This document shows positions 14,695 through 28,171 of a stretch of 64,000 nt of DNA, in pieces (the first letter of the stretch is position 1; every line of letters begins with the position of its first letter). Below the pieces are notes generated by a model. That model did not search any database. It worked only from the letters and a program-made list of their open reading frames with translations, and was not told the DNA's origin. Location of the stretch: contig CM120649.1 of NCBI GenBank assembly GCA_051362555.1, positions 7,378,001 to 7,442,000 of the forward strand. Reading direction: 5' to 3'. Position numbers and translations under genes: made by a program. Source of the DNA: Lingula anatina. Lineage: Eukaryota; Animalia; Brachiopoda.

Positions 14695-15946
14695 ATGGCC
14701 ATTTACGGTTTCCACATCATGGCGATGTCGGCACTTGGTGTTCTGCTGCTGTTAGTGTATATGAAGTACATGGAGTCTGGAGATGTAGCAATCCGCAAAA
14801 CGCCACGGCGAGTGTCCATACAGAGAGGACAGGGGTTTCACAGAAACTGTGGTCACTCCTTCCACTCAAACTCCACCCAGTGCAGCTATACCGGACGCAA
14901 AAAGAACGTCAAAGGTGACCAATGTCCTGTTTCTCAAGACACACAAAACTGCTGGCAGCACGGTGCTCAACATTTTAATGCGCTTTGGTGAAATGCGAAA
15001 CTTGACATTCGCTCTAGGAGCCTCGCCCGTCCTGTACAGGCTAGGCTACCCAGAGAAGTTTCTCCCCGGTTATGCTCTCCCCCTGGCCACTGGGCGTTAC
15101 GACATGCTGTGCCACCACGCCCGTTACAGCAGCGCCATGATGGACGTGGTACCAATAGGGACAGTGTTCATTACTATTTTACGGCATCCAGTAAAACTGG
15201 TCGAATCTTGGTTTGCCTTTTTTAAAATTGCTCAGAGACTGCACGTAGATATGGATACTTTCCTAGAGGCTCCTCACAAATATTATTCCAAATACGGAAT
15301 CGTCAGAGGATTAAACACGGTGTTTACGAATCCAATGTTGTTCGACCTAGGGATGGATCCAATAGATTCGTTGAATCAGACCAAAGTTTATAATAAAATT
15401 CTGGAGATAGACGAAGTATTCTCTTTAGTTATGATAGCAGAATATTTTGATGAGTCACTGATATTACTGAAAGATTTGCTTAACTGGTCCTTTCATGATA
15501 TAGTATACTTTCGACAAAACGCGCGCAAGAAGACCGGCGACAAAACAGAGATAATAAGTTTGAACAGAACAAGGAACATTCAAATAACACACGGTGGCGA
15601 CATGAAACTCTATGACCACTTTAATAAAACATTCTGGAGAAGAGTCCACACGTTTGGTGTAGACAGGATGCAGAGAGAATTGAAACAGTTTGACCTTGAA
15701 AAACAATATTGGGAGAAACGGTGTATCAGTAAACTTGCATCTTACGGGAATATAACAAATGAAGAATTCAGGCCCTATGGAACCATGGTGCTTGGGTACG
15801 AGCTCACCCCAGAGATGACCAGCGACGTCAACTGTGTCCTTATGGCAACGACCCAACTCCCCTTCACAAGAAAAATTTACAGACGCATGTTGAATATGAA
15901 CCAACTTAAAAATAATGTCTTTAACGCCAAGCTGATTCGCGGCTGA
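14695..15946 (+). pseudogene. Galactose-3-O-sulfotransferase (GAL3ST family) copy A, frameshifted
   Basis: Highly similar to 23057-24346, but with a 2-nt deletion near 14809 (ggcgagtgtcc vs ggccagcgtgtcc) separating the N-terminal TM anchor (ORF 14695-14991) from the catalytic ORF (14849-15946, FLKTHKTAGST), and a net 17-nt deletion near 15930 altering the C-terminus. Confidence 0.8.
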
Positions 15947-15965
15947 CACCCACGTGAAGACCTAA

Positions 15966-16178
15966 GACCCTATTCCCAGAGATTAGATCGATCCAAACTA
16001 GATCGACCTAACTCCCTGGGGTTCACGCTAAATAGCTGTCAGCCGAGCGGGCACGAAAGTTAATTACCCCCTTACAGCTTGTAATAGGCGGGACAGACGC
16101 TTAAGCCGGCCAATCTGACAGTAATCTTGTGAGACTCCCCACGGGGATAGATCGATCTAAATGTCTGGGAATACGCCC
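15966..16178 (+). mobile_element. MITE family A, copy 2, TAA target-site duplication
   Basis: taa|GACCCTATTCCCAGA...TCTGGGAATACGCCC|taa; the paralogous empty site is gaagacctaaggcatggtg at ~24337-24355. Confidence 0.9.
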
Positions 16179-18929
16179 TAAGGTGTGGTGAATAGATGAA
16201 TAACGACTGTATAAATTTAAAGCCTCCTTAACACTGGACGACGTCCTCTCTGCGTCCCTTAGTATGGCCCCTTTTGAGAGTAAAAATGATAATAATAATT
16301 TACGTGCCAACAACTGGACGATCATGTGCATTCACTTTCAACCAAAACAATGCTTGTGTCTCCTTTCTACGACCACAGCGATGACAATTTCATGGTCGCA
16401 CAAAGGACGTAAAAAAGGGCGCCGTTCTGTGTTAAAGGGGGTTTAAGGGATTAAGGGATAACAACTGTTCGCTTTGGCCCAAAAAACAAACAAAAAAAGG
16501 AATGTCCAGAGATAAATGACGATTTGCCCATGCTTACCAATGGTAAAGTAATCCCTCCCGACATTCAAAGTTAGTCCGTTAGTTTCTTTCGTAATAATCT
16601 CTTCAGAGATAATTACGGAGGTACAGCCATTATGAAGATCCACGTGGTCTGATGGTAAGCACATATTCCAGAATAATCGAGATAACCGCTGTTTTGGTGG
16701 TAAAATTGATATACAATATTTCTATGAGTTGTTTTCAATGTTTTTTTGTTTTTGTTTTTTTTTTGTTTTTTTTTATGTGAAATATGAAACCCATGACAAC
16801 CTACTTGCGATTGAGGTTGCCTAAAGGAGGCAAAAAGGTAGCTAGCGTAGTGTGACCCAGGCTTAGGTCATATCAGACTGAACAATGCCAGAGCCTATTT
16901 ACAGAATTTAGGTAGATCTTTGCTGGATTCGACACACAATTGCCTCGTCAAATTTCGTAAAAAATTAATAATTTACATCTAAATCGTCTTCCCAGCAAAA
17001 TTTGTCACTAAAACAGCGTATAGGTTCTCCATCGTACATAGAGTGAAAAACATGATCGAGGCAATTTGCCATCACTTACCCCCCCCCCCCCCCCCAACAA
17101 GGGAACGTACACACACAGAGTTTCAATTTCAAGCAAATGCATGCACTAATACCCGATTCCATGCCAAAGAGTCTTGATCGTGTTCCTCTATCAAAAATGA
17201 AAGATATAATTTTACCGTTTCTCTATCGTTGTCACCATCTATATTTAACCTTATAAAGTATTAACAGACCCCGACAGAGAGCTTTATAAACAATCAAGAA
17301 AAGCATTTTTCCCTCTTTTATTTACGTATGTGTTTGTTTATCTATTTGTAAATTTGGATATACAAGAAGCAAAGCAGGGGGATTGGATTGCAGTCGGTTC
17401 GCTTCGTGGTGTTCAACCTATCCAAATGCAGCAATTGAGACAATGCATTTCTCCCAGTGCCTAAGCCATAGCAGACTAAGCAATACCAGACAGCAATGTG
17501 TTGTTAATTACAAAAACGCTTGAAGCCCTAAGGTCTGACACGTCGCGTGCCCTGCAGAGGATGTAATCATATACACAACTCTCTGTCTTCTCGTCTTGTG
17601 ACGAAATCTGAAACCGGAAATCTTACTGGGAAGGTGTAACATTTATAACTGCTCGCTCTTACTAATTGTGTATTATTATGAGTTTCAGTTAACTGATGAT
17701 ATTCTTTATAGATGTAAACAGAATAGTAACAAGGCTCGACATAGCATGAACAACTGAACATGAGTAATGTGTCATTGTTTTAAAATGGCCTTTGTGATTA
17801 ATGATGGATTAAATAATATATCACTGGGCCTTATCTGTATTTGCAAAATTTAAGAAAAGCGATTTTTTACGTAATTGTAAACACCTTATTTTTTTTACGA
17901 AATATTGCACCATTAATCGATACCTTATGGAAATTCTATCAATTGAGTTATGCTTTTGATATGGAGATTCTTTAAATTAATGTTATGAACTTTATACATT
18001 TTTAGTATGAAGTCCTTGCAATCAATTGAAATAAACTACAGTTGTACTAAAAAGGTGCTTTACTACGTCTACTTGTTCAGTAGTGGTCAGTGTTATGGTC
18101 CCCGTGGGTGTAACCAATACACCCCATGTATAACTTGTGTGGGGTGCGTCCTGTCGATCAGGGCAGAAAATTGTGAAGATACTTCTTCTCCAAACCCTTA
18201 CACGTTCATAAACTCTGTCAGCGTTTCACCTGCTTTCAACTGCTTTCAGTATCAATGCTATTATTGGCTGGTGTCCATTCCTGAGTTCCAGTATACCATC
18301 TGGCTCGACGTTGACAGTTCCTGGCAGTGATCACTGGTCTTCTAACATAGACCCTACCAAAATAACGGAGATTGTGCAGCAGTCTTCTGACTGTAAACTC
18401 GGAAACATGGTGTGCCCTATTCTTGTGAAAATGTCATGAAAAGTTTTCTTCGCGAAAGGCGTATTAACATTCTAAATTCTCTGGATGAGGTTTCCTTAGT
18501 TCGGCCTTACCAAGGCAATTTTGCCCATGTGCTAGTTTGGTTATGATGTTGTCTATGCCCCTGAGTAGCTCTCATGTAACAACCCAACCTTCCGGCAATT
18601 CTGAGGGTGAAAAATCCCTCCTATATAGTCAGCCTCTTGGTAAAAACGGACCCCTCTCACTCAGGAGCCAGATATAAAAAATAATTGGTGTTGGAGTATG
18701 TAAATCTTTATACGCTAGTAAATGTTGTATACTCACACCCCCAATTAACATGATGATCAGTTGCCTAGTTATTACGCAATAGTAAAATTAATACTATGGG
18801 TACCCTTGTAGCAATGTACAAAATTGTAGTAGGGGTGACACGTTCTTGCTTGGGGATTATATAACATTTGTCCGCAATATTTATCATAATGCATTGTACT
18901 CAATATGATAAATATACTCAATATGATAT

Positions 18930-19560
18930 CTTAAGAGTACATGCTAAGTACAGGCTTAATTTACAAAGGGTATTTTGGGGGCCACATATGAGTTTTCACG
19001 AATGTCCCTACAGGCAAATTTGCTGAAAATTCCACCCCCACATATGTGCCAAATTTTATGCTTGTAAAGGTAAGAGTTAAGGTAAGGGTAAATTATAATT
19101 TGATCGAGTTGATTGCCACTTTACTATTGGGGGCCAATTTGGGATTTTAATATAACTAAAGAAACAGTTAATAACACAGTGCAGTTTTCTCATCTTTAGA
19201 TGGTGTGCTATGCCATTCAAAGAGCATGTACTTAAGGCTTAATCTTAAGACGGTATTTTTGGTGGCCATAGAGGAATTTTCAGACATGTCCTTTTATTCA
19301 GAATTGTTTAGAATCCCATTCTCTACAAGTGTGTCAAATTACATGCTTGTAGGTTAAGGGTTAAGGTTAGAGGTTTTATCTTGAAGGGTATTTTTGGAGA
19401 CCATATTGGAATTTTCAGACATGCCCCTTTATTCAAAATCGTTTAGAATCCCATCCTCTACCACTAAAACATTCTGCATGCTTGTTGGTTAAGGGATAAG
19501 GGTTGGGTTATAGGTTTTGGCGGCCATATTGGAATTTTCAGACAAACCCTAATATCCAAA
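18930..19560. repeat. Degenerate tandem units of ~130-290 bp (ggtattttgg.ggccatattggaattttcagac), possibly a transposon-internal array
   Basis: Motif recurs near 18968, 19252, 19387 and 19513; only a remnant is present in unit A near 11700. Confidence 0.6.
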
Positions 19561-20052
19561 ATACCCGGTAGCTCATGAGAAATGGTAATTTATAAAATTA
19601 ATCGTAAGTTAGAACAGCAACAGCAGCAGTTTTATATTGTGAGGCACCCCTGATCTAGCTGGAAGAATTTAACCAATATACTTATAATTGTTTTACCAGA
19701 TATTTTTTATCATTACCACTTTAATGTCAAGTTATTTCGGTGCTCATTTCACGGGATTTGACGAATTTAAACAAAATTTTTTACTTTCCTTAGAAAGGGG
19801 GAGTCTACAACATAAACGCCATTATAGTGAATACCTTAATTGGGAATCCATCTGACTCAAAATTTACTGTAAAACCCCATCCCCATACTAAGTGGTCTAC
19901 TGAAAGTAAAAATTATATGTATGATGGTAAAATTGCATAAACGATGAACTATATTGTAATAATTTGCGTTTTTTTTTAACCTGTGTGAATAATTTAATTA
20001 TCCTGTGGGCGCTTTGGTTATTAATCTTATACAGTCTGTGCGTATTAGTCAG

Positions 20053-20120
20053 GTCTGCATCATAAGTTTTAGACATATTTGATTCTCTGTGTTGGCGGAT
20101 TGACCCGTGTTGTTACGTGG
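20053..20120 (+). other. Probable non-coding 5' UTR exon of sulfotransferase copy B
   Basis: Conserved block ending at G|GTAAGT (20121); acceptor ttttccag at ~23045, 11 nt before the ATG. The 5' boundary is approximate. Confidence 0.5.
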
Positions 20121-21714
20121 GTAAGTAAGCAATTATTACCGCTCCTCGTCTACCTGGCGGGGGCATCAATTTGAACAAGGCTGCAGTGTCAGCTAATTCT
20201 GGTGCACATATTTAGAAAAATTGATGGTAAAGAAAGAAAAGAAAAGGTTAAGAGATATATAAAAATATAGATGATAGAATAAAATGATGCCTGCGATAAG
20301 TGCATGTACCCTGTTGCTAAAAATGTCTATCACACACTCGAGAATGTGTGTTTTATGCTAAAGATGTTTCAACTATTTACGTATGTTGGTATCGTGGCTT
20401 CTTTCTTCCATACAGTAATCCATGCCCATTTGACATTATCAACGTCAAATATGAGCCCAAAGCAGCTCCAAAGTAAAGTCGTCATTGTTCAGGGTGTTGG
20501 GAATAGTAAAGAAGTTGTAGCTATATATACGTGTATATATATGAATCAAAACTCAGAATTATCGAAGTAGCTTTTTAGCATTAGTGGCGCAGTGGTGTGG
20601 CCATGTTAACTGTATAGATGCAGTATACCGGTAGCATACTGCACACACACACAAAAAAAAAACATGAATGTACAGAGAATAGCATAATGCAGTAGATTAG
20701 CAGAATGATAGAAACGTTTCAAATATGTTTATTAGTATTGTGCTTCTGCTGCACTGCGCTGACGCAGCAATATTACATGTGCGAAAATGGAATACTTCAT
20801 CTGTACACCACAGATGCAGTTTTGACGTATTTCAGAAAAAAAGGGAATGCTTGCGCACTGCTCCAAAGAGGAAGTTTTGAGGTATATCAGAAAAATGGAA
20901 TACGAATTAAATTAATCTTTCCGATTTTCCAGTCTCTGCGGAATGACGTCAGAACAGTGCAAGCTGGGCTTTACAAAGCACGACGGAACAACGTTTTTCC
21001 GCGGGGGTACCCCTTTGTCTTTTACATGGCCTTTCAACAACCGTAATCCCATACGTCTTTCTTCGCGAATGAACAACCTTTTTTTCCACAGGGTCCCGCC
21101 TTGCTATTTTGTGACCTTTTGCAACGGTCGTTATACAATTGCCTCCAACAATACAGCACAGTGAAGTGCCCGGGTGTAACTGTTATCGACTGGCAAATGC
21201 TATTTTAAAATGGCACAGTTTGCTTAGATGCGATATCAAGGCCTATACTCAAAGCATGGCCGTTATTTCCATAGAGTTATATGATTGAATTAAACCTAGG
21301 TCGAAAGCCATGCTGTTTTTAAATTAATTAAAATTATTAAAAGTTTGGTGGTGGCTTTGAATAATGCATCTCTGGTTACAGCTACAGGTATGCAAAGCAG
21401 ACAGAACGTAGTAAATTTAAAATTAGCCGACTTACATGAAGAATCTCAAGACCAGCTTCGATAGTCATCTAGCTAAAAGACGCTGACAAAAAAATTTAAT
21501 ATCAATGTTGACTGGAGATGCATTAAAACATTTTTTATTTGATGGATAAGCATTGCCCTGCAACTGATAGTAATACATCCCGGGCCATGTCTTGAACCAT
21601 TATTTCTAAACACGCTGTCATTATATAAAAACTTGATTAAAATGAATTACAAATAAGGCTATTGTTATTTTTCAAGGTGCACCAGCGATGAATGTGTTGA
21701 TGTATAGCAAACAT

Positions 21715-21755
21715 CATCACCTTTCTCTATCTGAATCAGATAGAGAAAGGTGATG
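21715..21755. repeat. Perfect 20-bp-arm palindrome with 1-nt centre
   Basis: catcacctttctctatctga-a-tcagatagagaaaggtgatg. Confidence 0.95.
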
Positions 21756-23056
21756 GTTTAACCACGTAAGCGAAGTATCATTACACATTAAACGTGCATC
21801 ATGTGTCACTTTTACACGGTTTCTGCTAATGGAAAAGTATACTAATTTCTTCATAGACATAAATTTGCCACATGGATAAAAAATTGATGCAATAAAGATG
21901 AAGCACAGTTTTGATCAAAATAAGTAAATCGCGCCAAGTCAGAAACGGCGAATTTGTTTATAGCCCTGGCTTTGGACAGAGAAGGACAGGCCTTCTTTAG
22001 ATGACAGCCTGATTCGATTTTCTTTGTTTGGGGATTGCTACCAGTAATTAACACAGTTTTCATATAAAGTACCATTGAAACACGAAGGTTGAGAGATGAC
22101 TCACGAGTTAAAGTCAGTAGGCCTATAACAAGAAGCATAACGGCCAATTAGCTAATTAACCTTTTACGTTATCTCCAACCGTGACGATGAAGGCTTAACA
22201 GTAGCGCACTGTAACCGTGTGGTGCTCGAATATACTGTAATCCCAGGTTTCTTCTTTATCCATGTGCCTGTTTTTGTTATAAAAAATGTGCAAGAAATCC
22301 AATTCGCCTGATCTGTACTTGTACGTGGTGCATTTTGTACCATTGGTGTCAGTCAACTGGCTCATTTGGAAGTAAACGTCAACTCCGCCGTGGTCAGCTC
22401 GGGAGGCTTGAATGGACGGTACGGTAACGGTATAGAGTCAGCCAAGATAATTATAAAAACATTCATGTATTATACTGAAGCATATACATGTATATATGTC
22501 ACTACTGCTTTACCTATACGTATGGGATAAAATGGCATCTACTGTGTATACCAAATATACAATGGAATTGCAGGTATTGTAGAGCATTCTACGCTATCTA
22601 CTTAAGGCCGTTTTTGTTTCACAGAACGGCAGTTACATATGAAGATTATAACAATGTTGTGCAGTCTCAGCAACATTATTGATATCTTTTAATGACAAAT
22701 ACCTGGAAATTCACTTCGTCCTCTCAACGCTCAGGTTCATCCACCTCTTTCCACATCATTCACCATTTGGGGTTGATCTCCGAGAACTATATTACGTTGA
22801 GTTCAGTGATGACCCTGACATTTCGCAATTTTCACACAAGTTCACTTAAAATAATATGTGAACTTCATACCTCGACTTTTTTCATCCCAAATATGCCCGT
22901 GAAATATTGCAGAGATGCTCAGGCTTACTTACCGGTACACAAATTGTTAACGAGTCTAGTAAATTTTGTCTGAAAGTGAGATAGGATTACTATCCAGTTT
23001 TCTTATCTTTATACAGCGATAATGTACTACATTTTACTTTTCCAGCAAGCAACACC

Positions 23057-24346
23057 ATGGCCATTTACGGTTTCCACATAATGGCGATGTCGGCACTCGG
23101 TGTTCTGCTGCTGTTAGTGTATATGAAGTACATGGAGTCTGAAGATGTATCAATCCGCAATACGCCACGGCCAGCGTGTCCACACAGAGAGGACAGGGGT
23201 TTCACAGAAACTGTGGTCACTTCTGACACTCAAACTCCACCCAGTGCAGCTATACCGGACGCAAAAAGAACGTCAAAGGTGACCAATGTCCTGTTTCTCA
23301 AGACACACAAAACTGCTAGCAGCACGGTACTCAACATTTTAATGCGCTTTGGTGAAATGCGGAACTTGACATTCGCTCTAGGAGCCTTGGACGACCTGTA
23401 CAGGCTCGGCTTCCCCGAGAAGTTCCTCCCCGGTTATGCTCTCCCCCTGGCCACTGGGCGTTACGACATGCTGTGCCACCACGCCCGTTACAGCAGCGCC
23501 ATGATGGACGTGGTACCAATAGGGACAGTGTTCATTACTATTTTACGACACCCAGTAAAGCTGATTGAATCTTGGTTTGCCTTTTTTAAAATTGCACAGA
23601 GACTACACGTAGATATGGATACTTTCTTAGAGGCTCCTCAGAAATACTATTCCAAATACGGATTCGCCAGAGGAGTAAACACAGCATTTACGAATCCAAT
23701 GTTGTTCGACCTAGGGCTTGATCCAATAGACTCGTTGAATCAGACCAAAGTTTATAATAAAATTCTGGAGATAGACGAAGTATTCTCTTTAGTTATGATA
23801 GCAGAATATTTTGATGAGTCACTGATATTACTGAAAGATTTGCTTAACTGGTCCTTTCATGACATAGTATACTTCCGACAAAACGCGCGCAAGAAGACCG
23901 GCGACAAAACAGAGATAATAAGTTTGAACAGAACAAGGAACATTCAAATAACACACGGTGGCGACATAAAACTCTATGACCACTTTAATAAAACATTCTG
24001 GAGAAGAGTCCACACGTTTGGTGTAGACAGGATGCAGAGAGAACTGAAACAGTTTGACATTGAAAAACAATATTGGGAGAAACGGTGTATCAGTAAACTT
24101 GCATCTTACGGGAATATTACAAATAAAGAATTTAGGCCCTATGAGACCATGGTTCTTGGGTACGAGCTGACCCCAGAGATGGCCAGCGACGTCAACTGTG
24201 TCCTTATGGCAACGACCCAACTCCCCTTCACAAGAAAAATCTACAGACGCATGTTGAATATGAACCAATTAAAAAGTAATGTCTTTAACGCCAGGCTGGT
24301 ACAAGAAGGCAAGCCTTTTGCCGCTGACACACACGTGAAGACCTAA
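23057..24346 (+). CDS. Galactose-3-O-sulfotransferase (GAL3ST family) copy B, intact 429-aa type II Golgi membrane enzyme
   Basis: Single-exon CDS, Kozak-like caccATGG, N-terminal TM, PAPS-binding motifs FLKTHKTASST and ITILRHP, family-typical LVMIAEYFDESLILLK and LYDHFNKTFW. Confidence 0.95.
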   Translation: MAIYGFHIMAMSALGVLLLLVYMKYMESEDVSIRNTPRPACPHREDRGFTETVVTSDTQTPPSAAIPDAKRTSKVTNVLFLKTHKTASSTVLNILMRFGEMRNLTFALGALDDLYRLGFPEKFLPGYALPLATGRYDMLCHHARYSSAMMDVVPIGTVFITILRHPVKLIESWFAFFKIAQRLHVDMDTFLEAPQKYYSKYGFARGVNTAFTNPMLFDLGLDPIDSLNQTKVYNKILEIDEVFSLVMIAEYFDESLILLKDLLNWSFHDIVYFRQNARKKTGDKTEIISLNRTRNIQITHGGDIKLYDHFNKTFWRRVHTFGVDRMQRELKQFDIEKQYWEKRCISKLASYGNITNKEFRPYETMVLGYELTPEMASDVNCVLMATTQLPFTRKIYRRMLNMNQLKSNVFNARLVQEGKPFAADTHVKT

Positions 24347-25004
24347 GGCATGGTGAATAGATGAATAACATTCAAATTGATGCGCACGCTGGCTGTATAT
24401 ACTTTAGCCCACTTTACACTGGACGGCGTCCTCTCTGCGTCCGAAAGTGCGGCCCCGTTTGAGATTAAAAATTAGATAGAATTTACGTGCCGACAACTGA
24501 CCGATCACTGAGCATCCATTTTGCGACCAAAGCGACGATGCTTGTGTCTCTTCTCTACGGCCACAGTGATGACAGTTTCATGGTTGCACAAAGGACGCAG
24601 AAATGACGCCGTTCAGTGTAAAAGGGGTTTCAGAGATAACATCTGTTCGTTTTGGAAAAAGAAAAAACGGATTTCCCTGTGCTTACCAATGGTTAATGAA
24701 TCCATCTGTTAGCCCGCGGGTCAACAGGTTGTGAATGAGGCCTAAGTGACTTTTAAATGTCATTCAAAGGAATAAACGAATAAATATCTAGGAGAGGTGA
24801 TGAAATACCCCCAGCTCCATCCCGCGGACATCGACTTTGGCTGCTATATGTATATCTAACTTATAAGATAATACTTTATTGTCATATTCATACAAGCATA
24901 AAATGAAAATTAACGTGATCTGTCGATTAAATAAGACAATGCAATGAAAGTAATTGTGCGTATAAAAATACATGTTGCTGTTGTATAAAAAATGATTTTG
25001 TAAA

Positions 25005-25286
25005 GGTGGCAGATTTAGAGGGGGGGACGTCATGGGGTGCTGCCTCCCCCTCTTCGGTTTCTGAAAAATATATCACACTATAGTCCCTTCTTAAACATTT
25101 TTTTAAATAGCTCAACCATTTTAAGTCGTACCAAAGGGCACTGTTTGCACTCCAAATCACCAAACAAATTTCTGGGCCCTTGAACAGGCCCCGAAAACCA
25201 CACTTAAGGGGCGATGGTCAGCTTGGCATCGGAGGCCCGTCGTTCGGGACCCTACCCCCTTCAAATAATCCTGGATCCGCCACTGT
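25005..25286. mobile_element. Non-autonomous DNA element with CAGTGGCGGATC-type ends (hAT-like MITE)
   Basis: ggtggcagattta at the left end and tggatccgccactg at the right end; TSD not clear. Confidence 0.5.
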
Positions 25287-25966
25287 ACCCCCCCCCAACC
25301 CACCCCCAACCCCCCAAAAAAGGGGAAAAAATTGAAAGATCTCAAATAGACCAAAACACGTGCTTCTTTAGACCAAGTAACATTCTGATAAGACAAGTGT
25401 CATTATTTTGTTCGTTTTCCAGTACGCGATTTGCATTAAGTGAAGCTACGTGTACGTGTAAAAAAATAAGCTTATTCACAATATCGACATTCGTTCTAAA
25501 AACACTTTGTTACTATTATTATTTGTTCATCCTTCATTCGACTACTACGTGCATATTGCGATGATGCTTAGCGTAAATTATTACGGAGATTTCAAAAATT
25601 TATTTTTGGTTTGTTGTAACTTTTATTTTTGATAATGGAAGTCGCTGGATTTTCTGACTAATTATTTTCCCTTTTTTAATTTATTCATTTTCTATAAATA
25701 CGACATGCATAAAATGTACAACAATTCTTTTTGACATAAAAAGAGACAGGGTGAATTATTGACCATGCTCAAACAAATAATATTTTGTTCAATTGTTGAC
25801 CGAGTGAAATAGCAGCTGACACAGATTTAACCAACAGCCAGCTGCTGATACAAAAGGACAGTTCGCCACGTGATACAGGTTGTTTACTCAAGTACTCGAT
25901 AGGGGCGCGCCATCCCAGTCCACTGGGGGATTAGGCCAGTCACCATATTCCACATACAATCGTTCT

Positions 25967-28171
25967 GCTACCTTGTTATTATCACACTCGTCTATTGTAT
26001 TTTTAACACTCAATTTAGCGTGTAACCTTCAACTGGTGCACGGAATAAATATACACATAATTATGACCGATACGGTATACAATAGGATTCTATCTAGAGT
26101 TTAAATAACTATGAATATTCTTATTTTTATCGTTAATAACTTTATTTGGCTATTCCATTATGTCTATGTACTTATACAACTCTTCAAGGGTTGCAGAATC
26201 ATTTAATAAAAATCATGATTATTTCTTAGATGTTTAGATATTATATAAAGGGATTTTAAGCGTTCGGTCTTTTCCTTATTATTCTTGTTATGAACAATTT
26301 TCTTTCCTTTTTCGCAGAAAACACCACATTTGTCAAAACCTAATGTCTAATAGAATCACCATGTTCAACAGGTTGTCAGCTTGTTATCGGCCTGTCAAGT
26401 AGCGGCGGAAAAATTGCGCACGGTACCCGTGGGCGACGTGCTTTGAAATCATTAATGATATACTTATCTGTATATAGTGACAACAAGTTTTCTGAGAAGA
26501 AAAATGTCAGGAATATCTCAAACTTTTGACTCGTATTAACCTCCAGGCTGCAGTTACATATGAAAAGAAGTTTTCCTGAAGTTTCGAAAATAAGAATGAT
26601 GGCAATGATGCCATTCTTTAAATCTGCAAAATTTTATTCTAAGTCAGCAGCATTTAGAATAAAATCAGTTGTTATTATGATTGTTATCGGTTTGGATTTT
26701 CGATCTGACAATATTCACGAAGTATTGACCGCTGTCCCCTCCATCAATTACTGAATACACACAAAACCTAAGAAAAACTCTCTAAGGTCTCTTATTATGA
26801 AAAATCTCCCAATTTAAATACATACTATCAAAAACTTACAAATGTATCTTAATTAATTTGATAAATTCAAATAAATCATCAATCTAATCTACAGATTAGG
26901 GCATGTGACATGTTTAGTTGTATGTGGTTCATTCCGTGAGTTCTGGAAATATCTTTTTATTTATCAAAGAGATGCAGTTCAGCGACGATTTGGGTGAGTA
27001 GGCACAATGCGACTTCCACATTACATAATGAATTTGCTCACAAAACAAAATCACTGAAAATTAATTTTATAAATTATAATCGAATTGAAATGGAAGTATT
27101 GATAACGTTATTACAGCCGATTCTATTGACGTTATGGTGTTTTATGGTATTTGATCACGACTGTTTTTTTCTTTTGTGCCATCTTTGGTCTGAAAATAAT
27201 AATAATAATAAAAATAATAATAATAATAATTATTATTATTATTATTATCATTTATAAGTAATAATGTTTTTAAATTCTCGGTCTTTTCTTCTATAATAGT
27301 GTTACAGTTAACAAATCCCTGTCGTTTTCAAAGAAATCACCGTACATGACAAAACATATTGCCCTTCATCACCAATGTCTTCGTGACTTAGGTGTTATTT
27401 CCTGAAAGGCTGTCAAAGGTTTCCAAAGGGTTGTCCTAGTAGCAATCAGAGTGGTCTCATCCTCAATATACTGGTAATTATCTTCCAAGAATACTGATAG
27501 TTCCTTTGGGTTAGATTTTGCTGAAAGTTGTGACGTTAAAATGTTATGAAAATTTAGCTGGCTGGCTATTTTAAGCTGGACGCCCATGTAGATGTAAGCT
27601 GAGGCGTGTGAGCGAAGAACAAGTGGATTTTCAAAAGGCATGGTAAGATAAGATTTTTTTTCTTTTGGTGTATTGATATACTATTAGAAATACGGGGTAT
27701 ATAATATGAGGGCGCGTCGACTTTGCTTGAATGTATAAAGTTACGCTTAGTATCAGTCAACTTGTTTTTAAGTAAGTTGCTGCATCGATCGACAGCGTGA
27801 AAAAGTACGTCACGGAAAACAGTTTCTTGCAAGGCTGTACAAAACGTTGTCACTTGCATTTTTCGAATATAAACGATCTTATATGCCCATATCTTGGGGC
27901 CCAGTATCTCTATGTCAAATCCTAGCTCTTATTGCGAACCTTGTAACATACACTGTAAGCTATGGCATGGAGTCTACTAGTTTTTAAATTCATAATTCTA
28001 TTTTAGAAGCTGCAACTACCGAAATTTCACACTTTGACAAACTGAAATCTCATTTTTTTCTTCAAATTGTGATTCGCAATCTCTTGAGGAAAGAATTACT
28101 TCAGCCGGTACATATATTTTTAATTGATATACAGGTATTAAAAGCTACGTTTTTAGTATTTATGTTTTGCC
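25967..28171 (+). repeat. Non-coding duplication 2, copy A
   Basis: Closely similar to 31152-33343; more diverged fragments at ~33830-34280, ~44865-45030 and ~45450-45980. Confidence 0.9.

Larger units (their letters stand above)
10662..16555 (+). repeat. Segmental duplication 1, unit A (sulfotransferase locus)
   Basis: Colinear similarity with 16894-24705, from cctat.tacagaatt...ctttgctggattcgacacac to gcttaccaatggt, interrupted by unit-specific insertions. Confidence 0.9.
16894..24705 (+). repeat. Segmental duplication 1, unit B
   Basis: Colinear with 10662-16555. Confidence 0.9.

Noticed and set aside
15464-24268. Antisense ORFs of 161 and 146 aa within the sulfotransferase genes
   Set aside because: Shadow ORFs shared only because the sense CDSs are nearly identical.
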